A stretch of 15,321 nucleotides of DNA from a virus (IMGVR_UViG_2698536443_000012); one strand, 5' to 3'; positions 7,523 to 14,270 are shown, counted from the first letter of the stretch. Numbers and translations: made by a program. The notes: generated by a model not told the origin, from the letters alone.

Positions 7523-7550
7523 ATGTTGATTACAAAAATGTAATCAACAT
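7523..7550. promoter_or_regulatory. Perfect 12-4-12 palindrome upstream of the binding-protein moron
   Basis: ATGTTGATTACA-AAAA-TGTAATCAACAT in an AT-rich intergenic region about 165 bp upstream of the ATG at 7715. A TATAAT hexamer lies at 7577-7582. Confidence 0.4.
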
Positions 7551-7714
7551 GTAAGGTTTATACTCTTCAATATGCGTATAATTTTCCTTATTTTGTTGAC
7601 TTTAAATAACAAGCTATGCACGAGGTAAAGTCGGATAAGTTTATCTGGATGTAATATATATTATTTGTAGTGTTTATAACTTTATTTCATGATAACCAAT
7701 AAAAGGAGTTTTTT

Positions 7715-8473
7715 ATGAGGAACATAATGGCAGGTTTTTTAATATTCCTGTCTTCTGCTGCTTATGCTGATATCAATCTGTATGGTCCTGGTGGCCCGCA
7801 TACAGCCTTGCTTGATGCAGCCAAACTTTATGCCGAAAAAACAGGTATTATAGTGAACGTTCATTACGGCCCACAGAACAAATGGAATGAAGATGCCAAA
7901 AAAAATGCAGATATCTTGTTTGGCGCATCAGAACAATCTGCTCTGGCTATCATTCGGGACCATAAAGACAGCTTCAGTGAAAAAGATATTCAGCCTCTTT
8001 ATCTGCGAAAAAGTATTTTACTGGTAAAGAAAGGTAATCCTAAAAATATCCGGAGTATTGACGACCTGACCAGACCTGGGATTGGCGTAATTGTTAATGA
8101 TGGTGGTGGTACCAGTAATACATCAGGCACTGGCGTCTGGGAAGATATTGCCGGACGTAAAGGGAATATAGAAACTGTCGCCGCAATCCGAAAAAATATT
8201 ATTTTATATGCGCCCAATAGCGGAACTGCACGTAAGGCTCTTGAGAATCAGCCTGGAGCAGATGTCTGGATAACCTGGGCTGACTGGGCAGCCAGTAATC
8301 CAGAAATTGGTGATGTCGTGGAAATAGCGCCAGACTACGTGATATGGCGTGATATGAACATTACAGTACGTCAGGATGCAAATGATGAAACCCGTCGATT
8401 TGCAGAATGGCTACAAACCGATGAAGCGGCGCCTGCATTCAAAAAATATGGCTGGACCAGGAAAGGCACTTGA
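7715..8473 (+). CDS. Secreted/periplasmic solute-binding protein, ModA-like (type 2 periplasmic binding fold), orphan
   Basis: AAGGAG RBS 6 nt upstream. N-terminal signal peptide MRNIMAGFLIFLSSAAYA then DINLY. C-terminal ...RRFAEWLQTDEAAPAFKKYGWT resembles the ModA C-terminus (...FYDYLKGPQAAEIFKRYGFT, from memory). AT-rich gene with no adjacent permease or ATPase genes. Confidence 0.7.
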   Translation: MRNIMAGFLIFLSSAAYADINLYGPGGPHTALLDAAKLYAEKTGIIVNVHYGPQNKWNEDAKKNADILFGASEQSALAIIRDHKDSFSEKDIQPLYLRKSILLVKKGNPKNIRSIDDLTRPGIGVIVNDGGGTSNTSGTGVWEDIAGRKGNIETVAAIRKNIILYAPNSGTARKALENQPGADVWITWADWAASNPEIGDVVEIAPDYVIWRDMNITVRQDANDETRRFAEWLQTDEAAPAFKKYGWTRKGT

Positions 8474-8479
8474 CATCCT

Positions 8480-8505
8480 CGTCCTTCAGGACGTGGATTC
8501 TTTTT
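8480..8505 (+). terminator. Weak terminator-like hairpin after the binding-protein gene
   Basis: CGTCC-TTCA-GGACG stem-loop followed within 6 nt by a T5 run. A second hairpin ATGCCGC-GCCA-GCGGCAT follows at 8510-8527 without a U-tract. Confidence 0.3.
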
Positions 8506-8808
8506 CCGGATGCCGCGCCAGCGGCATGTAGGGGCAGCTCACAAAACGGAAAAAATTGTACGCTAAGCCTCGCCAGGTGAACTGAATTCATTCCGATATG
8601 GGAATTCCCATATCGGGCGAAAACGGTTTGCTGTAACGGCAGAGTTAAGTAGGATTGCTGCGGGTGCTTGAGGCTATCTGCCTCGGGCATGAACACCAAC
8701 GGCAGATAGATAAAAGCCCCACCCGACTATAAATCGAAGTGAGGCCCCTATATGCTCGTCACATATAGATTGCCTCTTACGGACCGAAAGGTCAAGGAGA
8801 AGCAGGCT

Positions 8809-8964
8809 ATGAAGCAGCAAAAGGCGATGTTAATCGCCCTGATCGTCATCTGTTTAACCGTCATAGTGACGGCACTGGTAACGAGGAAAGACCTCTGCGA
8901 GGTACGAATCCGAACCGGCCAGACGGAGGTCGCTGTCTTCACAGCTTACGAACCTGAGGAGTAA
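8809..8964 (+). CDS. hokD: Hok-family membrane toxin (HokD/RelF-like), with in-frame upstream mok extension from 8752
   Basis: 51-aa ORF MKQQKAMLIALIVICLTVIVTALVTRKDLCEVRIRTGQTEVAVFTAYEPEE, the Hok family signature. The in-frame extension MLVTYRLPLTDRKVKEKQA with GAGG RBS fits a mok reading frame. Confidence 0.85.
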   Translation: MKQQKAMLIALIVICLTVIVTALVTRKDLCEVRIRTGQTEVAVFTAYEPEE

Positions 8965-9032
8965 GAGACCAGGCGGGGGAGAAATCCCTCGCCACCTCTG
9001 ATGTGTCAGGCATCCTCAACGCACCCGCACTT

Positions 9033-9060
9033 AACCCGCTTCGGCGGGTTTTTGTTTTTA
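9033..9060 (+). terminator. Rho-independent terminator (hok mRNA 3' end)
   Basis: AACCCGC-TTCG-GCGGGTT stem with UUCG tetraloop followed by TTTTTGTTTTT. Confidence 0.6.
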
Positions 9061-9184
9061 TTTTCAACGCGTTTGAAGTTCCGGACGGCGCCGGAATAGA
9101 ATCAAAAATACTTAAGTAGCGCGCAGGGAGAAGAGGGATGGACCCCGAACAGGGGAGTGCTATTTATCTGGAAGGATTCTGTTG

Positions 9185-9442
9185 ATGAGAATCGAAGAAT
9201 TACGTGAAATTTTTAGTGAAGATGGCCTCTATACTGTGCGCGTTGAGAAGGGCGCTATTGTCAGCCACTGCCGTATTAAATGTTTACAGTCTCAACAAAG
9301 GAAGAGTGGAGCTGCGTTAATTCATTTTGTGGATGGGCTTGTGACGGATGGTTTTATTTTGCGTGCAAATGAATTTGTCACATCGTTGCCGTCTCTGAAA
9401 GAAGCTGGGATTAAGGCTGGTTTTTCTGCTTTTGAAGATTAG
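9185..9442 (+). CDS. Small prophage protein, Rem-like by position (85 aa)
   Basis: ATG at 9185 (the track's TTG at 9182 is an alternative) with GGAAGGA upstream. Lies between hok and the DUF968 gene as rem does in Qin. Function unknown. Confidence 0.5.
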   Translation: MRIEELREIFSEDGLYTVRVEKGAIVSHCRIKCLQSQQRKSGAALIHFVDGLVTDGFILRANEFVTSLPSLKEAGIKAGFSAFED

Positions 9443-9511
9443 TGAATTCATCTACAATTCAGCGCAGGGCTGAACCCCTGTTGAGTAACACTGTGCCACC
9501 GGAGAAAGCCG

Positions 9512-9790
9512 ATGGCGCAAAATTCCAGACTACACAATTCTGATAATTCAGCCGTCTTTGCCAGCAGGCACGGGCGGCGTTCTCATGCATTCAAATCTGA
9601 CTGGTTCCGGCACGCCCCATGCACTGAAGAACAGGCCGAATGGCTGATTCAGAACTACCGCAGACGTGGGTATGAGTTTAGGAAAGCCCTCAGCCTCGAT
9701 TATCGTCACTGGATAATCTACGTCAGGCTGCCGTACTCCGAGCGCCCACCGCGTCCGTCCCGCACATTCCAGCAACGCATCTGGAGGTAA
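9512..9790 (+). CDS. Hypothetical protein (92 aa)
   Basis: ATG with GGAGA RBS about 6 nt upstream. Stop immediately precedes the GGAGG-GTG start of the next gene. Basic, Arg-rich composition. Confidence 0.45.
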   Translation: MAQNSRLHNSDNSAVFASRHGRRSHAFKSDWFRHAPCTEEQAEWLIQNYRRRGYEFRKALSLDYRHWIIYVRLPYSERPPRPSRTFQQRIWR

Positions 9791-9791
9791 C

Positions 9792-10847
9792 GTGCGGGTA
9801 TTACTTCGACCTGTTCCGGTACCGGAACTTGGGTTGGTGGTCCTTAAACCAGGCCGTGAATCCATGCAGGTATTCCATAACCCTCGAGTGCTTGTGGAGC
9901 CGGAACCGAAAAGCATGCGCGGTCTGCCGTCCGGCATCGTCCCTGCCGTTCGCCAGCCGCTAGCGGAGGATAAATCATTACTGCCGTTTTTCAGCAATGA
10001 GCGTGTGATTCGTGCTGTTGGTGGCGCTGGTGCACTGTCTGACTGGCTGTTGCGTCATGTCAAATCCTGCCAGTGGCCTCATGGTGACTATCATCACAGT
10101 GAAACCGTTATTCACCGTTATGGTACCGGCGCAATGGTGTTGTGCTGGCACTGCGACAACCAGCTGCGTGACCAGACATCCGAATCACTCGAGCAACTTG
10201 CTCATCAAAACCTGTCAGCATGGATGATTGACGTCATCGGTCACGCAATAAGCGGTACGCAGGAGCGTGAATTATCTCTGGCTGAATTATCCTGGTGGGC
10301 GGTCCGCAATCAGGTGGCGGACGCGCTACCGGAAGCGGTATTACGTCGTTCGCTGGGGTTGCGTGCGGAAAAAATCCGCTCAATGTACCGTGAAAGCGAC
10401 ATCGTACCGGGAGAGCAGACCGCCACCATCATACTGAAGCAGCGCACAAAAAATCTTGCGCCGCTGCCTCACGCCCACCAGCAAAACCCGCCACAGGAAA
10501 AGACGGTGGTCAGCATTGCCGTTGATCCGGAGTCACCGGCTCAGTATCTCCAGCGCCAGAAACCACAACGGGAAGAGATGCCTGTATACACGCGCTGGGT
10601 AAAAACGCAGAAATGCATGACGTGCGGTAATCAGGCAGATGATCCGCATCACATCATTGGTCATGGACTGGGAGGGATGGGAACAAAGGCTGATGATTTG
10701 TTTGTTATTCCGCTGTGCCGTAAATGTCATAACGAACTGCACGCTGGGGTAAAAGATTTTGAAGAAAAACACGGCAGCCAGCTGTTGTTGCTGATTCGTT
10801 TTTTAATGCACGCGAGAAATTCGGGTGTCCTGAAGTGGAAAGCATGA
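9792..10847 (+). CDS. DUF968-family protein (YdfU-like) with C-terminal Cys/His zinc-finger/HNH-like motifs
   Basis: GTG start with GGAGG RBS. 351 aa; C-terminus CMTCGNQADDPHHIIGHGLGG...CRKCHNELH. Immediately upstream of rusA and Q, as ydfU is in Qin. Confidence 0.7.
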   Translation: MRVLLRPVPVPELGLVVLKPGRESMQVFHNPRVLVEPEPKSMRGLPSGIVPAVRQPLAEDKSLLPFFSNERVIRAVGGAGALSDWLLRHVKSCQWPHGDYHHSETVIHRYGTGAMVLCWHCDNQLRDQTSESLEQLAHQNLSAWMIDVIGHAISGTQERELSLAELSWWAVRNQVADALPEAVLRRSLGLRAEKIRSMYRESDIVPGEQTATIILKQRTKNLAPLPHAHQQNPPQEKTVVSIAVDPESPAQYLQRQKPQREEMPVYTRWVKTQKCMTCGNQADDPHHIIGHGLGGMGTKADDLFVIPLCRKCHNELHAGVKDFEEKHGSQLLLLIRFLMHARNSGVLKWKA

Positions 10848-11213
10848 ATGACTGAACGGATAGAATTTGTTTTGCCTTACCCGCCGACGGTGAATACCTA
10901 CTGGCGACGTCATGGCAATACGTATTTCATCTCGGAAGCCGGAAAGCGTTATCGCCGTGATGTGGCGCTAATTGTTCGCCAGCAGCGGCTGAAATTAAAC
11001 CTGTCCGGAAGGCTGGTGATAAAGATTATTGCAGAGCCACCGGATAAGCGCCGTCGTGACCTGGACAATATCCTGAAAGCACCACTGGATGTGCTGACGC
11101 ATGCCGGACTTCTCATAGACGACGAGCAGTTTGATGAAATCAATATTGTGCGCGGTCAGCTCGTTCCTGGTGGGCGGCTGGGGATAAAAATCACAGAACG
11201 GGAGTGCGCATGA
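10848..11213 (+). CDS. rusA: Holliday junction resolvase RusA
   Basis: 121-aa ORF with YPPTVNTYWRRHG...RRRDLDNILKAPLDVLTHAGLLIDDEQ, matching conserved RusA motifs (compare E. coli RusA ...[22 protein letters not shown]). Start abuts the stop of the upstream gene. Confidence 0.85.
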   Translation: MTERIEFVLPYPPTVNTYWRRHGNTYFISEAGKRYRRDVALIVRQQRLKLNLSGRLVIKIIAEPPDKRRRDLDNILKAPLDVLTHAGLLIDDEQFDEINIVRGQLVPGGRLGIKITERECA

Positions 11214-11899
11214 ATAACCACTATTTACAGTTTGTGCGTGAGCAGCTCATTATCGCCACCGCTGATTTGAGTGGGGCAACAAAAGGTCAGCTTGAAGCCT
11301 GGCAGGAGAATGCCATGTTCGATACAGGGCGTTACAGGCGAAAAAAAATCCGGTACCGCGATGAAGTGACTGGAAAAATGATAACGCGGGATAATCCACC
11401 AATCCCGGGAAAGCAATCGCTGGCGAAGGTGACGTCAATTCCTCTGGTCAGTCCGGTTGAGTTTTCGACATCATCGTGGCGGCGGGCTGTTCTGTCTCTT
11501 GAAGAACATCATAAAGCCTGGTTGTTGTGGTGTTACAGCGGGAGTATTTGTTGGGAATATCAGATCGCGATAACACAGTGGGCGTGGAATGAATTTAATA
11601 CTCAATCCGGTACCAGAAAAATTGCTGGGAAAACGCAGGAACGCCTGAAAAAATTAATCTGGCTGGCGGCGCAGGCAGTAAAAGCAGAACTTTTTGGTGG
11701 GGAAGGTTATGAATATCAGGAGCTGGCATTACTGGCGGGAGTGACAACTAAAAACTGGTCCAAAACATTTACTCGTCACTGGGTTGCAATGAAACACATT
11801 TTTCACCGACTGGATAGTGAGGCTTTATTATTTGTAATGAGAACACGTTCAAAACAAAAGGCGGCATTTTCAAAGCAAAGTGTTGCAAAAGTAGATTGA
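11210..11899 (+). CDS. Late-gene antiterminator, Q-like
   Basis: ATG at 11210 overlaps the rusA stop (ATGA); the track's 11204 start is GTG. About 230 aa, located between rusA and the late promoter/tRNA region, the canonical Q position. Family assignment is from context plus general resemblance. Confidence 0.65.
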   Translation: MNNHYLQFVREQLIIATADLSGATKGQLEAWQENAMFDTGRYRRKKIRYRDEVTGKMITRDNPPIPGKQSLAKVTSIPLVSPVEFSTSSWRRAVLSLEEHHKAWLLWCYSGSICWEYQIAITQWAWNEFNTQSGTRKIAGKTQERLKKLIWLAAQAVKAELFGGEGYEYQELALLAGVTTKNWSKTFTRHWVAMKHIFHRLDSEALLFVMRTRSKQKAAFSKQSVAKVD

Positions 11900-11910
11900 A
11901 AGGCATATAT
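11882..11910 (+). promoter_or_regulatory. Candidate late promoter (pR'-like) overlapping the Q 3' end
   Basis: -35 TTGCAA (11882-11887), 17-bp spacer, -10 TATATT (11905-11910). A terminator lies about 55-80 nt downstream, as expected for a short Q-modifiable transcript. Confidence 0.3.
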
Positions 11911-11962
11911 TTCATGCAAATCTGATATTTTGCCGATTTTGTACGTGATGGCAAAAGCAAAC

Positions 11963-11990
11963 AAAACCCGCCCACAAGCGGGTTTTGTTG
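11963..11990 (+). terminator. Rho-independent terminator (tR'-like)
   Basis: AAAACCCGC-CCACAA-GCGGGTTTT stem-loop followed by a T-rich run. Confidence 0.55.
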
Positions 11991-12056
11991 TGCCACTTAT
12001 CTCGGATAGACATGGTGAATGCGCTGGTGGAGGAGATAAGGGTGATTTTTGTATGC

Positions 12057-12085
12057 TTGCAACATTGATTTCGTAACGTTATTAT
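12057..12085 (+). promoter_or_regulatory. Candidate sigma70 promoter for the tRNA cluster
   Basis: -35 TTGCAA (12057-12062), 17-bp spacer, -10 TATTAT (12080-12085), placing the start about 10 nt before tRNA-Ile. Confidence 0.4.
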
Positions 12086-12094
12086 CCTGCGCCC

Positions 12095-12170
12095 GGCCCT
12101 TTAGCTCAGTGGTGAGAGCGAGCGACTCATAATCGCCAGGTCGCTGGTTCAAATCCAGCAAGGGCCACCA
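12095..12170 (+). tRNA. ileZ: tRNA-Ile2 (anticodon CAU, lysidine type), ileZ-like
   Basis: Hand-folded cloverleaf: acceptor GGCCCTT/AAGGGCC, D-arm GCTC...GAGC, anticodon loop CTCATAA, T-loop TTCAAAT, encoded CCA. Close to E. coli ileX as I recall it. Confidence 0.85.
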
Positions 12171-12171
12171 A

Positions 12172-12247
12172 CCGCCACTAGCCATCAGGAAAGAGCGTCA
12201 ACCCTTTAAGTTGAGTGTGCGAGGTTCGAGTCCCCGGTGGTGGTCCA
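12172..12247 (+). tRNA. tRNA-like gene, atypical (possible argN-like); identity unresolved
   Basis: Acceptor CCGCCAC/GTGGTGG with one GU pair, T-arm CGAGG-TTCGAGT-CCCCG, anticodon stem TCAAC/GTTGA with loop CCTTTAA (C at position 33, anticodon UUU by position), degenerate D-stem, encoded CCA. Confidence 0.45.
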
Positions 12248-12260
12248 TTATCGGTATTCT

Positions 12261-12334
12261 GCGTTGTTAGCTCAGCAGGACAGAGCAATTGCCTTCTAAG
12301 CAATCGGTCACTGGTTCGACTCCAGTACAACGCG
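12261..12334 (+). tRNA. tRNA-Arg (anticodon UCU), argO-like
   Basis: Acceptor GCGTTGT/ACAACGC, D-arm GCTC...GAGC, anticodon stem ATTGC/GCAAT with loop CTTCTAA, T-arm ACTGG-TTCGACT-CCAGT. No encoded CCA (CTA follows). Confidence 0.8.
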
Positions 12335-12340
12335 CTACAC

Positions 12341-12415
12341 TTATTTTCCCGGCTCGCTTTTGCGGGCCTTTTTTGTATCTGCGCCACGCCCGGCGCATAC
12401 CAACCACAGAGCCTT
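12341..12415 (+). repeat. Copy 1 of a ~75-bp post-tRNA segment (terminator hairpin plus second hairpin), about 90% identical to 14106-14179
   Basis: Contains terminator GGCTCGC-TTTT-GCGGGCC plus T6 (12351-12374) and hairpin TGCGCC-ACGCCC-GGCGCA, then CAACCACAGAGCCTT. Aligned by eye to the second copy. Confidence 0.7.
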
Positions 12416-12481
12416 AATGAGGTAGCCTGAGTTTAACGGACACTCCTTCCTGAAATAGAATGGCATCAGAAGGAGCTAATA

Positions 12482-12784
12482 ATGAGCAGAAAAACCCAAC
12501 GTTACTCTAAAGAGTTCAAAGCCGAAGCTGTCAGAACGGTTCTTGAAAATCAACTTTCGATCAGTGAAGGCGCTTCCCGATTATCTCTTCCTGAAGGCAC
12601 TTTAGGACAATGGGTTACCGCCGCCAGAAAAGGGCTCGGTACTCCTGGTTCCCGCACGGTGGCTGAACTGGAATCTGAAATTCTGCAACTGCGTAAGGCG
12701 TTAAATGAAGCTCGCCTTGAGCGAGATATATTAAAAAAAGCAACTGCGTATTTTGCCCAGGAGTCGCTGAAAAATACGCGTTAA
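12482..12784 (+). CDS. IS600 transposase OrfA (HTH)
   Basis: MSRKTQRYSKEFKAEAVRTV...LRKALNEARLERDILKKATAYFAQESL, recognised as IS3-family OrfA (IS600). Confidence 0.85.
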   Translation: MSRKTQRYSKEFKAEAVRTVLENQLSISEGASRLSLPEGTLGQWVTAARKGLGTPGSRTVAELESEILQLRKALNEARLERDILKKATAYFAQESLKNTR

Positions 12785-12819
12785 TCGAACAATGGCGACA
12801 ACAATTCCCCATTGAAGCG

Positions 12820-13638
12820 ATGTGTCAGGTATTTGGTGTATCCAGGAGCGGTTATTACAACTGGGTACAGCATGAACACTCAGACAGAAAACAAAGTGAT
12901 GAGCGGCTAAAACTGGAGATTAAGGTGGCACATATCCGCACTCGCGAAACATATGGAACCCGGCGGCTCCAGACGGAGCTGGCAGAGAATGGCATCATCG
13001 TTGGTCGTGACCGACTGGCACGTCTTCGTAAGGAGCTAAGGCTACGCTGTAAGCAGAAACGCAAGTTCAGAGCGACTACGAACTCGAACCACAATCTGCC
13101 AGTTGCGCCAAATCTGCTGAACCAGACGTTCGCTCCTACAGCACCAAATCAGGTCTGGGTGGCGGACCTGACGTATGTTGCCACACAGGAGGGATGGTTG
13201 TACCTCGCTGGCATCAAAGATGTTTATACGTGCGAAATTGTCGGCTACGCCATGGGAGAGCGCATGACAAAAGAGCTGACAGGTAAAGCCCTGTTTATGG
13301 CGCTCAGGAGCCAGCGCCCACCTGCCGGGCTAATCCACCACTCCGATCGAGGTTCACAGTACTGCGCATACGATTACCGGGTCATACAGGAGCAGTTTGG
13401 TCTGAAAACATCAATGTCGCGTAAAGGTAACTGTTACGACAACGCTCCGATGGAAAGCTTCTGGGGAACGCTGAAAAATGAGAGCCTGAGCCACTATCGT
13501 TTTAAGAGCCGGGATGAGGCCATCTCAGTAATACGGGAATACATTGAGATTTTCTACAATCGTCAGCGTCGTCACTCTCGTCTGGGGAATATCTCCCCGG
13601 CAGCCTTCAGGGAAAAATATCATCAGATAGCTGCTTAA
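12820..13638 (+). CDS. IS600 transposase OrfB (DDE integrase core); expressed as OrfAB by -1 frameshift
   Basis: DDE motifs in VWVADLTYV, HHSDRGSQY and MESFWGTLKNE. The frame overlaps the orfA 3' end after the AAAAAAG slippery site. Confidence 0.85.
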   Translation: MCQVFGVSRSGYYNWVQHEHSDRKQSDERLKLEIKVAHIRTRETYGTRRLQTELAENGIIVGRDRLARLRKELRLRCKQKRKFRATTNSNHNLPVAPNLLNQTFAPTAPNQVWVADLTYVATQEGWLYLAGIKDVYTCEIVGYAMGERMTKELTGKALFMALRSQRPPAGLIHHSDRGSQYCAYDYRVIQEQFGLKTSMSRKGNCYDNAPMESFWGTLKNESLSHYRFKSRDEAISVIREYIEIFYNRQRRHSRLGNISPAAFREKYHQIAA

Positions 13639-13681
13639 AAAAAGAACAAATGGTAGTGTCCGCTATTGTCAGTACACCTCA

Positions 13682-13814
13682 GGATGCTAAGTACGGGAAA
13701 TGGAGAGCAAGAATTAATGCGTCTGGAAAGTGTATTAACCTTGGATACCATGACACTGCCGAACTTGCCGCTGCGGCTTTTGAGGCAGCCAGAATGAAAT
13801 ATCATACCGTTTAA
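13682..13814 (+). pseudogene. 3' remnant of an HNH homing endonuclease (AP2-like C-terminal domain), truncated by IS600
   Basis: Frame ending at 13814 encodes ...DAKYGKWRARINASGKCINLGYHDTAELAAAAFEAARMKYHTV, typical of the AP2-type C-terminus of phage HNH endonucleases. The 5' part is missing and the frame runs into the IS600 right end. Confidence 0.45.
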
Positions 13815-13868
13815 AGATGTAAGCTGCCGTTAGTGACTCTTAAGTTGCAACGGTGGCTTTTTTTATTT

Positions 13869-13943
13869 GGGTCAGTCGTATAAAGGTCATTACGGAAGGC
13901 TGTTAACCTTCTTATCGTGGTTCGAGTCCACGCTGTCCCGCCA
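13869..13943 (+). tRNA. tRNA-Asn-like (anticodon GUU)
   Basis: Acceptor GGGTCAG/CTGTCCC (one T-T mismatch), anticodon stem GAAGG/CCTTC with loop CTGTTAA, T-arm CGTGG-TTCGAGT-CCACG, encoded CCA. D-arm is weak (3 bp). Confidence 0.55.
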
Positions 13944-13948
13944 AACAT

Positions 13949-14024
13949 GCTGGTTTAGCTCCAATGGTAGAGCAACTGACTTGTAATCATCAGGTCGCCA
14001 GTTCGATTCCGGTAGCCGGCACCA
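13949..14024 (+). tRNA. tRNA-Thr-like (anticodon UGU), thrU-like with weakened anticodon stem
   Basis: Near-identical to E. coli thrU as I recall it, except the 3' anticodon-stem strand (TCATC instead of TCAGT) leaves only 3 canonical base pairs. Anticodon loop CTTGTAA, T-loop TTCGATT, encoded CCA. Confidence 0.55.
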
Positions 14025-14027
14025 TAT

Positions 14028-14102
14028 GCGGGTACCGTATAATGGCTATTACCTCAGCCTTCCAGGCTGATGATGCGGGTTCGATTCCCGCTACCCGCTC
14101 CA
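14028..14102 (+). tRNA. tRNA-Gly (anticodon UCC), glyT-like
   Basis: Sequence GCGGGTACCGTATAATGGCTATTACCTCAGCCTTCCAGGCTGATGATGCGGGTTCGATTCCCGCTACCCGCTCCA differs from E. coli glyT (from memory) at only a few positions. Perfect acceptor stem, encoded CCA. Confidence 0.8.
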
Positions 14103-14105
14103 GAT

Positions 14106-14179
14106 TTATTATCAGGCTCGCTTCGGCGGGCTTTTTTTGTATCTGCGCCACGCCCGGCGCATATCAACCACAGAGCCTT
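14106..14179 (+). repeat. Copy 2 of the ~75-bp post-tRNA segment, including a terminator
   Basis: Terminator GCTCGC-TTCG-GCGGGC plus T7 (14115-14138), hairpin TGCGCC-ACGCCC-GGCGCA, then CAACCACAGAGCCTT; about 90% identical to 12341-12415. Confidence 0.7.
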
Positions 14180-14270
14180 TCGGGGGTGAGCTTACGGAGT
14201 GGTCAGTGTGACTTTCTCTGTGGGCAGATCGCTCCCGGGCGTTGGCTCACCCACCCAAAGGAACGTCACG

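Larger units (their letters stand above)
12418..13681 (+). mobile_element. IS600 (IS3 family), complete 1264-bp element
   Basis: Left end TGAGGTAGCCTGAGTTTAACGGACAC, right end ...GTGTCCGCTATTGTCAGTACACCTCA (imperfect inverted repeat, TG...CA termini). orfA and orfB with A6G slippery site at 12733-12740. Flanking 3 bp differ (TAA versus GGA). Confidence 0.85.

Noticed and set aside
9080-9097. Palindrome TTCCGG-ACGGCG-CCGGAA between the hok terminator and the rem-like gene
   Set aside because: Short and GC-rich, not followed by a U-tract, with no adjacent promoter elements; probably incidental, though a binding site cannot be excluded.
9548-9997. 149-aa minus-strand ORF across the 92-aa gene and the DUF968 start
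   Set aside because: Antisense to two RBS-supported plus-strand genes; Gly/Pro/Arg-rich composition typical of spurious frames.
11997-12430. ORFs overlapping tRNA set 1 (11997-12185 -, 12178-12387 -, 12215-12430 +)
   Set aside because: Translations of tRNA genes and terminators (typical WWPLLDLNQRP and WSRTSDRLL artefacts); the sequence folds into tRNAs.
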